Shown: positions 9,515 to 19,200 of the stretch, in pieces | Numbering within the stretch: position 1 is the stretch's first letter | Layout: every line of letters begins with the position of its first letter | Source of the DNA: a virus | Lineage: Duplodnaviria > Caudoviricetes | Length of the DNA: 64,000 nucleotides | Reading direction: 5' to 3' (one strand) | Virus record (IMG/VR): IMGVR_UViG_2634166501_000001 | Span: 964 to 64,963 of that record | Position numbers and translations under genes: made by a program | The notes under the pieces: generated by a model | Database searches by the model: none | The model's input: the letters and a program-made list of their open reading frames with translations, nothing else | What the model was told of the DNA's origin: nothing

Positions 9515-9539
9515 CACTAATTTCAATTTTGGTCGCGAC

Positions 9540-9959
9540 ATGAACAAAACACTACAATTCAAACTACGTATTGATGAGGATCTTCACGCAAAGGTTAAAG
9601 CGTCAGCAGAAGAGAACAAATGTTCCGTTAACTCTGAGCTTTTACGCCGAATTAGTGAGTCATTTTCTGAATCAATAGATATCGACTTACCAACTTCATC
9701 AAAGGCTCTAGACGAGTCCAAACAGTGTGCAAAGAATGTCTACAAATATTTCCGAGGTAAGGTCATCGAAGAAATCGACCGAAGAATCAAGCTCGGGAAA
9801 ACGGATGCTTACATCAGCTTTGAAGAACTAGAAATTGAATTTGAAGATGACCCTTTGTTAGACACCGTTATCGAGCCCATCATTAAAGAATTGACCGACA
9901 GTGGCTATTCAACCAACGATTGGGATTTAAGTGGCGTTCTTGTCATGTGGGCTGAATAG
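9540..9959 (+). CDS. Arc/Mnt-family repressor with C-terminal extension
   Basis: QFKLRIDEDLHAKVKASAEENKCSVNSELLRRI; divergent from arc. Confidence 0.8.
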   Translation: MNKTLQFKLRIDEDLHAKVKASAEENKCSVNSELLRRISESFSESIDIDLPTSSKALDESKQCAKNVYKYFRGKVIEEIDRRIKLGKTDAYISFEELEIEFEDDPLLDTVIEPIIKELTDSGYSTNDWDLSGVLVMWAE

Positions 9960-10111
9960 AAGCTCAGAAGGCGACAAGTGTTCGATTTTTGAATTTATTT
10001 ATATTTATCCGCTGTATACATAGTTGAATACCAATTGGTTGATTATGTAATCTATGCCTTATGCCAAAACGAATTGGACGGCTTGGCTAGGTTTATAAGA
10101 AAGGATAAAAA

Positions 10112-12043
10112 ATGCGAAATTCAATAAAATTAGGTGTATTAGTAGCGTCTCTTGCTGGATTGGTGGCTTGCGGTGGAGGTGGTGGCGGTGATTCTTCATC
10201 CCCTGCTAATCCAGGTGCAGATCCAACCCCAACGCCAAACACTGCGCCAGTTGCCAAGGCGGGCTTGGATAAAAACGTATCAACAGGCGCACAAGTTCAG
10301 GTTTCTGGTGCAGAAAGTACCGATGCAGACGGCGACAAACTGACCTATCAGTGGACAATGGCTTCTCGACCAGCAGGCAGTGCCGCTGCGCTGGATGATG
10401 CAACATTGACTGCGCCAAAATTTACCCCAGATGTGGACGGGAAATACGTACTGGAATTGATCGTCAGTGACGGAAAGCTACAAAGCGTTGCTGACAGTAT
10501 AACCATCACCGCTGCAACGCCAAATACTGCGCCAGTGGCGAATGCAGGCACTGACCAAAACGTAGAAACGGGAACGGAAGTTAATTTGAGTGGCGCCAAG
10601 AGCTCTGACGCGAATGGGGATCCGCTAACTTATCGCTGGTCTCTGACCAGCACTCCGGCGGGTAGCTCTGCCACACTTAGCTCTGTAAACACAGTAAGCA
10701 CTAAATTTACCGCTGATATGGATGGCGTTTATGTGGCAGAACTCATTGTAAACGACGGCAAGCTAGATAGCGCTTCTGATACGGTGAGCATTACGGCATC
10801 CACTTCCAATTCCGTTCCGGTGGCGAATGCTGGGGTTGATATTGTTGCCAACACAGGCAGCTTAATTACGCTGGATGGCTCAAAAAGCTCCGATGCAGAT
10901 GGCGATCAACTGACTTATGCTTGGTCATGGCAAAGCAAGCCCACTAATAGTGCGGCGCAGTTCTCTGATGCCAATGTTGTTTCACCAAAGTTTACTGTTG
11001 ATGTGGATGGAACCTATGTTGCGCTACTTGTGGTGAACGATGGTGAAGCAGACAGTGAGGCGGATAGCGTAACCATTACGGCTTCTACCGCTAACTCAGC
11101 ACCAGTGGCTAATGCTGGCGTCGATCAAAACATCGAAACAGGAACGCTAGTTACCCTATCAGGTGTTGCCAGCTCGGATGTGGATGGCGATCAGCTTTCT
11201 TATCGTTGGTCTATGAGCAGCGTCCCTGCCGGAAGTTCAGCAGTGCTTGACTCAACAAACACGGCGGTCACTAAGTTCACCGCCGATGTCGATGGCGTGT
11301 ATGTTGCACAACTGATTGTAAACGATGGCAAGTTAGACAGCGTGGCGGACACGGTGAGCGTTACCGCTTCGACCTCAAACTCTGCGCCAGTAGCGAACGC
11401 AGGTGCTGACCAAAATGTGAAGGTTGGCAACATTGTGTATCTCGATGGGAGCGGCAGTACGGATGCAGATAACGACGGCCTCTCTTACAATTGGTCATTC
11501 GTGTCTAAGCCTACCGGAAGTAGTGCCGATTTCGACGATAACACAGTGTCAAACCCAAGTTTCACCGCCGATATAGAAGGTGCTTACGTTATTAATTTGG
11601 CTGTAAATGATGGCTTGGAAGACAGCACAGTCGATACCGTGAAAGTGGATGCCATTCAACCACGAGTGAGGCTGTATAAAGCGCCTGATTTGTGGGGTGG
11701 CTCTTACACTGAAATTCAATTCCCATACAGCACTAACGGGGCGGTTAATGCGAGAGTAAATGGAGTACCAACACCAACTACCTACTCTTTAGGTAAGTTT
11801 AAGCTGCTGGCCGAGGGTGAGGCATTTACAATTCAAAATGTTTCCGCCACAGACAGCACAGGAACAGTAGTTCCATTCTTTAAGGGGCTGGCTGAAAACG
11901 ATGAAATTGCCGATGGTTCAGAAATCATTTTTGAACTGATCTCTCCGCTCACAAGAGGGGCAACGGTTAACGTCAATTTCACCTTTGAAATCAAAGAAAC
12001 TGCGGAAGTTTTCTCTGCTTCATATTCTTTTAAGAGCAATTAA
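10112..12043 (+). CDS. Lipoprotein with five PKD/Ig-like repeats (moron)
   Basis: Lipobox LVAC-GGGGGG; five ~95-aa repeats N(T/S)(A/V)PVA(N/K)AG...SxDxDGDxLxYxW. Confidence 0.85.
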   Translation: MRNSIKLGVLVASLAGLVACGGGGGGDSSSPANPGADPTPTPNTAPVAKAGLDKNVSTGAQVQVSGAESTDADGDKLTYQWTMASRPAGSAAALDDATLTAPKFTPDVDGKYVLELIVSDGKLQSVADSITITAATPNTAPVANAGTDQNVETGTEVNLSGAKSSDANGDPLTYRWSLTSTPAGSSATLSSVNTVSTKFTADMDGVYVAELIVNDGKLDSASDTVSITASTSNSVPVANAGVDIVANTGSLITLDGSKSSDADGDQLTYAWSWQSKPTNSAAQFSDANVVSPKFTVDVDGTYVALLVVNDGEADSEADSVTITASTANSAPVANAGVDQNIETGTLVTLSGVASSDVDGDQLSYRWSMSSVPAGSSAVLDSTNTAVTKFTADVDGVYVAQLIVNDGKLDSVADTVSVTASTSNSAPVANAGADQNVKVGNIVYLDGSGSTDADNDGLSYNWSFVSKPTGSSADFDDNTVSNPSFTADIEGAYVINLAVNDGLEDSTVDTVKVDAIQPRVRLYKAPDLWGGSYTEIQFPYSTNGAVNARVNGVPTPTTYSLGKFKLLAEGEAFTIQNVSATDSTGTVVPFFKGLAENDEIADGSEIIFELISPLTRGATVNVNFTFEIKETAEVFSASYSFKSN

Positions 12044-12070
12044 GCTCATCGGTGACCAATCACGAACAAC

Positions 12071-12098
12071 AAACCCCGCGATGCGGGGTTTGCTTTTT
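12071..12098 (+). terminator. Intrinsic terminator
   Basis: AAACCCCGCGATGCGGGGTTT followed by a T-rich tract. Confidence 0.75.
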
Positions 12099-12209
12099 AT
12101 GGCCAGCCAATAGAACAGAATAGCGGACTACATACGCAGTATGGACACTGGCGGAAACCCCAAAGATGTTATAACATTGTTCGTACACAACCTAAGCAAG
12201 GTGAACCCA

Positions 12210-12470
12210 ATGCTCAAAACGTTAACCTCTGTCGGTAACTCAACCGCACTCACGCTGCCGCAAGCGTATTTGCAGCAACTTGGGCTACACAAAGGCTCAA
12301 AAGTCAATATTACCCTCAACGAAGGGAAAATCACGATTGAGCCAGTGAAACCCAAACCACGCTTTTCAATCAAAGAGCTCATGGCTAACACCGATTTTGA
12401 CGCCATGCGAGAAGATGCAGAGCTTCAGGCTTGGCACAACAAGCCGTCTGTAGGACGTGAGCATGGCTAA
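12210..12470 (+). CDS. AbrB/MazE-family antitoxin
   Basis: VGNSTALTLP...GKITIEP; upstream palindrome ATGTTATAACAT. Confidence 0.85.
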   Translation: MLKTLTSVGNSTALTLPQAYLQQLGLHKGSKVNITLNEGKITIEPVKPKPRFSIKELMANTDFDAMREDAELQAWHNKPSVGREHG

Positions 12471-12804
12471 GTTTGTTTTCCATCAAGCGTCCATTGTCCA
12501 TCTAGACTTTGACCCACAAGCAGGCAGAGAAATGTCCGGCCCCCATTTCGCACTGGTGATCTCCAATGATGAGTTTAACCAGTCCGAAATGGCAATGGTT
12601 TGCCCCATCACGCAAGGAACCTATCACCGCGAAGGCGGCTTTACCACCTCCCTTATGGGAACCGGCACACAAACCCAAGGCGTTGTTGTCGCCAATGCAG
12701 CGCAAGTGCTCGACATGAAAGCAAGGAACGCACGCTTTGTCGAATACGTTGATAGCGATACGCTAGATATCGTGATTGCCAAAGTGCAAGCCATCATAGA
12801 GTGA
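12457..12804 (+). CDS. PemK/MazF-family toxin
   Basis: DFDPQAGREM..ALVISNDEFN...VCPIT; overlaps the antitoxin. Confidence 0.85.
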   Translation: MSMAKFVFHQASIVHLDFDPQAGREMSGPHFALVISNDEFNQSEMAMVCPITQGTYHREGGFTTSLMGTGTQTQGVVVANAAQVLDMKARNARFVEYVDSDTLDIVIAKVQAIIE

Positions 12805-12830
12805 GGCATGCGCCTCACTCTTATCTGCTT

Positions 12831-14408
12831 TTAAAATGGCCTCGGAATATTACGCAAAGTTTGCGGCTGTATGGGCTTTAGGCCATCAGCAAGGTCGCTT
12901 AGGCCTTGGCTTACTTTCTCTGGGATCTCTTTGAGAAAATCCGGCGTTGCCGCATCGTATTGATTATCTCTAATTTGCCCTAGAATACTGCGTTGCTGAT
13001 CGGGGGTTAGCCCTGCCTGTTCTACTTCTTGCTTGGCTTTAGCATAGTTGGTCTCATCCTTCAGTTTTGTCAGAAGCATTTGATAGGTCCGTTCTTTTTC
13101 GGCCGCTTCCCTCATTTTTACAGCTCTCTGAAACTCAGATTCCAACAGCTCAGGCGAAACATTTGCAATATCCTTAGGGTTGAGTTCATTAATAAACTGC
13201 TGCTTTTGCGGATCATTGCCAGCCCACTGGCTCGCAGCGTTCATGGCTTGGTTGTTGGCTCCACCTGATTCACCGCCAAGCTTGCCGTAAATCTGGTCAA
13301 TCGCTGTACCACGTTTATTGTACAGATCGTTTAGTGCCTCAATTTGTTCCGGCGCAGCGCCATTGAGCTGGTTGAGCGCCTCAGTACGGTCTTTTTCAAG
13401 TTCCGTTCGGGCAGTTCGCCACTGTTTATCTATTTCAGCGCTACTCTTATCTTTTCCCTTATTGGCATAACGCTTTTGGTAAGCCTTGGCATAGCTGGCT
13501 TTTTTGGCCTGTTTAATCTGTCCAATCAGATCTTTCATCGCGTAATCCACAGGGATGATTCTTACCGCATCATCTGGTAGACCAGTGCGATTCTCGGTAA
13601 CGGGCACGCGCACCCATTGTCCATCTCCGTAATCGACATCCAGTGACAAGACAACGCCCGGCTGATCGCCCGGTATATCTGGGTTAATATCCTGCGCAAG
13701 ATTAATCCCCCCAACCTTTGCCCGCTCGATGATCCGCCCATCTGCTGATCGGGTCCCAACGGCTTTATCCGCATTTCTCTGATACAAAGTCGCCATTGCC
13801 GAGATGACTTCGTTGTCGTTTAAAAAGTCTCTGATGCCTGCCCCCGTTTGCATCTTACGCTCAATCACAGCCGCGGCATCTTGGATATCTGGGCTTGACA
13901 TATGTCTTATGTCGTAAGAGGTGCCTTTAATCATAGGGTGATCATAGAACGACTCATCTTCATTGCCGCTCGCGCTCGCTTCCCAAGCAAGGTCGATTTT
14001 GTCCTGATTATTCTGGATGAAGATGGCCCTCTTTTGCTCCTCCGCCTGTCTTTTTAGAGCATCATTTTTTTCCTTCTCATTAGTTATCCGAAGGTCGTTC
14101 AGGGTCTTGTTCTGGTCATGATTTTCCTTCTCTTGCGCAGCTTTAGTCTGCTTATAGCCTCCTGATCTGGCTCCGTCTTCACCTTTTGTACCGAACATAA
14201 AATCGGTCTCCAGTTCACCGCGTTCAACGTCCAGATTCGCTTTTTGAAGGTTTAAGTCGCTTAACTTTGCTTGCTGTTCAAAAGCCTGCTGCCGTCGCTG
14301 TTCTTCGGCATCGCGTAACGACATAACCTGTTTCTGTTCATAATATCGGTTGCCTGTTTCAAAACCACGTAGCGCCCCATCCACAAACCCGCGTGTATCT
14401 AAAGCCAT
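12831..14408 (-). CDS. Putative ejection/internal virion protein
   Basis: 525-aa helical protein following small Gly/Ala-rich genes in the late operon. Confidence 0.55.
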   Translation of the reverse strand: MALDTRGFVDGALRGFETGNRYYEQKQVMSLRDAEEQRRQQAFEQQAKLSDLNLQKANLDVERGELETDFMFGTKGEDGARSGGYKQTKAAQEKENHDQNKTLNDLRITNEKEKNDALKRQAEEQKRAIFIQNNQDKIDLAWEASASGNEDESFYDHPMIKGTSYDIRHMSSPDIQDAAAVIERKMQTGAGIRDFLNDNEVISAMATLYQRNADKAVGTRSADGRIIERAKVGGINLAQDINPDIPGDQPGVVLSLDVDYGDGQWVRVPVTENRTGLPDDAVRIIPVDYAMKDLIGQIKQAKKASYAKAYQKRYANKGKDKSSAEIDKQWRTARTELEKDRTEALNQLNGAAPEQIEALNDLYNKRGTAIDQIYGKLGGESGGANNQAMNAASQWAGNDPQKQQFINELNPKDIANVSPELLESEFQRAVKMREAAEKERTYQMLLTKLKDETNYAKAKQEVEQAGLTPDQQRSILGQIRDNQYDAATPDFLKEIPEKVSQGLSDLADGLKPIQPQTLRNIPRPF

Positions 14409-14668
14409 CAGAATAACTCCCCAATCACAAAACCTGCTGCTGCACCGATTGCCATGCCCGCTGGGCCGCCAGCACTACCCGCTTGCATACCAGCCATCAT
14501 CCCCATAGCTGCACCCGTACCAACGGCTGACATCTTCTTCTGTTTTTCCGCTTGTTTCAGGTTTTCATTCGCTTGTTCACGCTGCTCTTCACGCGCCGCT
14601 GACTGTTGCAGCCCCGACAAAGCACGGCGGCGTGTGTCCGAACCCAATTGCAATAAGCTGTAACTCAT
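14408..14668 (-). CDS. Small Gly/Ala-rich virion protein
   Basis: C-terminal GxxxG-rich hydrophobic segment; coupled to neighbours. Confidence 0.55.
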   Translation of the reverse strand: MSYSLLQLGSDTRRRALSGLQQSAAREEQREQANENLKQAEKQKKMSAVGTGAAMGMMAGMQAGSAGGPAGMAIGAAAGFVIGELF

Positions 14669-14671
14669 GGT

Positions 14672-15139
14672 TTACCCCACATTCATTTGTGACAATTTGC
14701 CGCGAGCGCCACCACTTAGCACGCTCAACGCTCTGTCTTGTTCGTTCTCTCGCAAGCTGTTTTTGGCGGTGACTGACGCGAGCGACATCTTTGCTTGGTC
14801 ATTGCTGCTTGCATCAGCCTGAACGCCAAACCTCGCCATTTTGTTGGTGTTGGCCAACGTTGAGCTTTGCTGTGCGCTGGCAAAGTTTTCGTCCACTCGA
14901 CCTAGTTGCTGTGTGAGCAATTCACCGTTTTGCGTTTGCTCCAAAAGCTGCTTTTGATGCGGATAAAAACGCTCTAACCAGTCTTGGTACATTGAACGAG
15001 TAATGTTGGCGTAATTGGTCGCCGCCGAACCACTGGCAGAGATTGAACCTGCGGGTAACGGCCCAACAGGTTCGATTATCTGCGGAGTTTGCGTATTGGA
15101 CGTTTCGCCACGATCTGGGCGTCCCTCACCTCTTGGCAT
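14672..15139 (-). CDS. Putative ejection protein
   Basis: Gln/Ala-rich ORF in a tightly coupled operon. Confidence 0.5.
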   Translation of the reverse strand: MPRGEGRPDRGETSNTQTPQIIEPVGPLPAGSISASGSAATNYANITRSMYQDWLERFYPHQKQLLEQTQNGELLTQQLGRVDENFASAQQSSTLANTNKMARFGVQADASSNDQAKMSLASVTAKNSLRENEQDRALSVLSGGARGKLSQMNVG

Positions 15140-15804
15140 TAGCGCTCTCCTCTGTTTAATACCCAGTCTTGGTTAATCCCTGCATGGCCCTTCAACGTGT
15201 TCGCATTAGGGTTCACAAATGCAGTATTGGGCGTTTGAGTGGGTTCTCGATTCATATACATACTGGCCCCCACACCCGCCAGCGTCCCGACTGCTTGCGC
15301 GTTGGCACTGCGGCGATTGAAATCCGCATAGGCGTCATTTGTCGCGTTTTGTAGCGAAAGACGCGCCGTGTCTTCCATGCCCGCCAGCCCCTCGGCTTTT
15401 TGACCTGCGCCAATCGCGACGATATCTTGCTTGCCCACCACATACTTATCTTGCTCGTTCACTTGAGCTCGATTCACCGTGTCGCCTTGCGCGACCGCCT
15501 GGTCACTCGATAGGTTACTTAGCGTTTGCTTAAATTTGCCTGAGCTTGGGTCCACACCGGACGCAAGCAGGTTTTTCGTCACTCCGGTCCGCGCTTTGCT
15601 GTATTCTCGGTTGTAACTCAAATCAGCCGCGTTTTTGACGTCAGCCATATTCGCATCGGAATTGATACTATCGACGCGCTGCATGAATTTGTCTTCAAAC
15701 GGCTTGAGTTCTTTGTCGTAGAGCTTCCACTCTTCCAGCGCCACTTGTGAAGCCGCAATCTCTGCGGCTGTTTCTTTCACTTCGTTTTTGCCACCACCAC
15801 CCAT
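15139..15804 (-). CDS. Putative ejection protein
   Basis: MGGGGK N-terminus typical of podovirus ejection proteins. Confidence 0.55.
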   Translation of the reverse strand: MGGGGKNEVKETAAEIAASQVALEEWKLYDKELKPFEDKFMQRVDSINSDANMADVKNAADLSYNREYSKARTGVTKNLLASGVDPSSGKFKQTLSNLSSDQAVAQGDTVNRAQVNEQDKYVVGKQDIVAIGAGQKAEGLAGMEDTARLSLQNATNDAYADFNRRSANAQAVGTLAGVGASMYMNREPTQTPNTAFVNPNANTLKGHAGINQDWVLNRGER

Positions 15805-16193
15805 TAGTCGAGCTCCTTTTGCCAGGTACTAACATGTTCTTGCTGCGCGATTTTCCGGTAGCCAAGCCTCTTCACGAGCTTGGTAAACGCGCCATTCAGT
15901 GCGGTATGAAAAACAATCGACTTCGCGCCAATTTTTCTACTGAGCACTTCAATTTCCGGTTGATACTTTGCGGTCGCGCCTTGAGTAAACGAGTACGCAA
16001 ACAGCACACACACTTTGTCGCCATCGAATGGCTGCAAAGCTACAAATCCATCCTCAGACAGAAACAAAAACGCCTTACTTCTCAGTAAGGCGCGATCAAC
16101 GTTCTCTGCGAACGGATGCCGATTCTTCTCGGCGGTTTTCATTATGATGGGGAGCAGCTTGTCTCTCCACTTGGTATAAGGTTGATTTATCAT
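15804..16193 (-). CDS. Hypothetical protein, possible GNAT-like fold
   Basis: Position before ejection genes; LVKRLGY-type motif. Confidence 0.45.
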   Translation of the reverse strand: MINQPYTKWRDKLLPIIMKTAEKNRHPFAENVDRALLRSKAFLFLSEDGFVALQPFDGDKVCVLFAYSFTQGATAKYQPEIEVLSRKIGAKSIVFHTALNGAFTKLVKRLGYRKIAQQEHVSTWQKELD

Positions 16194-16272
16194 CTTCTAA
16201 CTATATCAGCTATCAAAAACTAATTTAATTGCTTACCGGACGCATGAACTAGATTGACATCTACAATTGGGC

Positions 16273-19200
16273 TTAATCAAAGGCCGCTCCATTTCGAAAT
16301 AATTGAGCAACTGCATCAGAAGATGCCCAGATTGTTCCGGTGGCATTTACCGAACTTGTCCTAACTTGGATAGAAACGCTAAATGATTGCCCAATAGGTA
16401 GCGGAACGACTGCCCCAACACCAGCGAATGAAATTGTTTCACTCGCACCCGAAGAATCGCTCGTAGATTCTGCTTTTGCCGTTGACATGCACTCAGAAAC
16501 AACACTGCCATTTACAATAACCCTAACACTCCCTTCGGCAGATCCTTTTTGCCTTGGGTTTACAGCACATCTGAGAGTTACTGTTGCACCACCGACAAAT
16601 AAGCTGGCCTCATGCTTTGTGTTGTTAATCCCAGAGAAAGAGCCAATAGTGGTCCAGTTGGCACCAATTTGATTCCTAGAAAGCACTACGGCCTTTGCTG
16701 CAACCAAGTCACCAATGATATTTTTTGCTTCGACGGTGCCAGCAAAAGTGCCTGTTGCTCCATCTAGGTGCCCTTTAATTGTGCAGGTTTCCTTAATGGT
16801 GACATTCTCCATTTCACCACTAGTTGCACGAACGTGTCCCTCAATCCACGCGTTGCGCATTGAGGCATTGCCTTGAGGATCAACATAGAAGTTATAACCG
16901 GCATAAGGCCCGCCAGCGCCAATGCGAATAATGGAACCGGTTATATCTCCCCCCTGAATCGAAGGCGAAACAATCTGAATACTCGCTCGCACAAAATCGG
17001 CGGTAATTTGCTGCGAGGTAAGAATTTGAATGGTCGCCTTCTCGATCATCGCCGTTGGGATAACCACCTTGCCTTGGTCAATCGCAAAGGTCGGAGTAAT
17101 CACTTCGGGGTTGTTCGGATCGAACACAAAAAACTGACTCGCGCTCACAGCCACTTGGCTTGTGCCGTCGGATTTTGCCACGATACCAATGCCCGCTGTA
17201 ATGTCGCCCGCTTGTACTTTTGTGCTCCATAGCGCTTTGAATGCTTCACTGCCATCCTGATTTATGGTCGCAATGGCCTGCGAGTTGGTTTGAGAGGCGG
17301 CTTTTGCCTCGTCGCCCTTTTGATTCGCCGTGTTCGCCGTTGCTTCCACGGTATCCACACGCTGGCTCATGGACGAGTTGTTGCTGGCGACTGTCTGCTG
17401 CAAAGAGGTCAAGCTGGCGTTTGTCGCCGCATCTGCCGCTTTGTAGGCAGAATCTATCCCTGTGATTTGCTGCGAGAGCGCTTGCGTCTCATCAGCCACC
17501 GTTTGCTCTAATGCCGTGATCGACGCATTGGTTTGCGCGTCTGCCGCTTTATAAGCGCTGTCTATCGAATCCACACGCTGGCTCATCGCCTGTTCATTGT
17601 CACTGACCGTTTGTGCCAAGGAGGATAAGTTCGCGTTGGTTTGGCTGTCTGCCGCCTTGTACTCGGCGCTCATGGTGTCGAGACGCTGAGACATTGCACT
17701 GTCACCACTTGCGACGGTTTGCTCTAAGGTAGACAGGTTCGAGTTCGTTGCTGCATCCGCTGCTTTGTAGGCCGAGTCCATATTATCTAAGCGCTGGCTT
17801 AACGCTTGCCCTGCAACCGTGACCACTTGTTCAAGCGAGCTCAAATTTGCATTAGTTTGGCTGTCTGCCGCTTTATAAGCCGCGTCTATCTGCGTGAGCT
17901 GCTGCGCGAGCGCTTGCGTCTCATCAGCGACCGTCTGTTCCAGGCTAGATAAGTTCGCATTGGTTTGCCCCAATTGGCTGTTAAACGTCGATTCAAGCGC
18001 GGTGATTTGCTCGACCAACGCTTGTTCAGCGTCAGCAAGCGCCTTGCGAGACTCAGTAAACTTCGCTTCACTGACCGCCGTTTCCCCTTCGCTCACCGCA
18101 CCATACGCCGCGTTTAGCTGCTGGATCTGCATGGCCATCACCTTGGCCGCATTTGCCACGGTTTGATTGAGCGCTTGCAGCATAGCCAAGTTCTTGGCAT
18201 CCCCTGCTTCAACGCTCGATTCCATATCAGTGATCTGCTGCGAAAGAGCTTCATCTGCGTTGCTGGTCACTTGTTCAAGCTCGGACAGGGCTGCATTGGT
18301 AGCGACATCGGCGGCTTTATAGGCCGCATCGAGATTGGTGATCTGCTGTGCGAGCGCTTGTGTCTCATCAGCGACCGTTTGTTCCAGGCTGGATAAGTTC
18401 GCATTGGTCGCAGCATCTGCAGCTTTGTAAGCGACATCGAGCGAATCTATCCGCTCACTCAGTGCCGAATCGCCATCACTCACGCTCTTAGCCAAAGTGG
18501 TTACGGTCGCGTTGGTCGCGGCGTCTGCCGCTTTGTATGCTGTATCGAGCGAGCTGATCTGCTCGGCAAGCGCACTGTTGTTATCCGACACCGTTTTACT
18601 AAGCGTCGTTAACGTGGCGTTGGTTTCGGCGTCTGCGGCCTTATAAGCCGTATCGAGATTGTTGATCTGCTGCGCTAGGGCGCTATCGCCATCGGAGACA
18701 GTTTGCGACAACGTATCGATCGACGCATTAGTCGCCGCGTCCGCCGCTTTGTAAGCGCTATCGAGGCTGTTGATTTGCTGCGCAAGCGCCTGTGTTTCAT
18801 CAGCGACTGTTTGTTCCAGGCTGGATAAGTTCGCATTGGTCGCGGCATCGGCGGCTTTGTAAGCGACGTCGAGCGAATCTATCCGCTCGCTGAGTGCCGA
18901 ATCGCCATCACTCACGCTCTTGGCCAAGTTAGTTACGGTCGCGTTCGTCGCGGCATCTGCCGCTTTGTATGCCGTATCGAGCGAGCTGATCTGCTCGGCA
19001 AGCGCACTGTTGTTATCCGACACCGTTTTACTGAGCGTCGTTAACGTGGCGTTGGTTTCGGCGTCTGCGGCCTTATAAGCCGTATCGAGATTGTTGATCT
19101 GCTGCGCCAGTGCGCTGTCGCCATCAGAGACAGTTTGCGACAACGTATCGAGAGACGCATTCGTGGCCGCGTCTGCCGCTTTATATGCAGTATCAAGACT

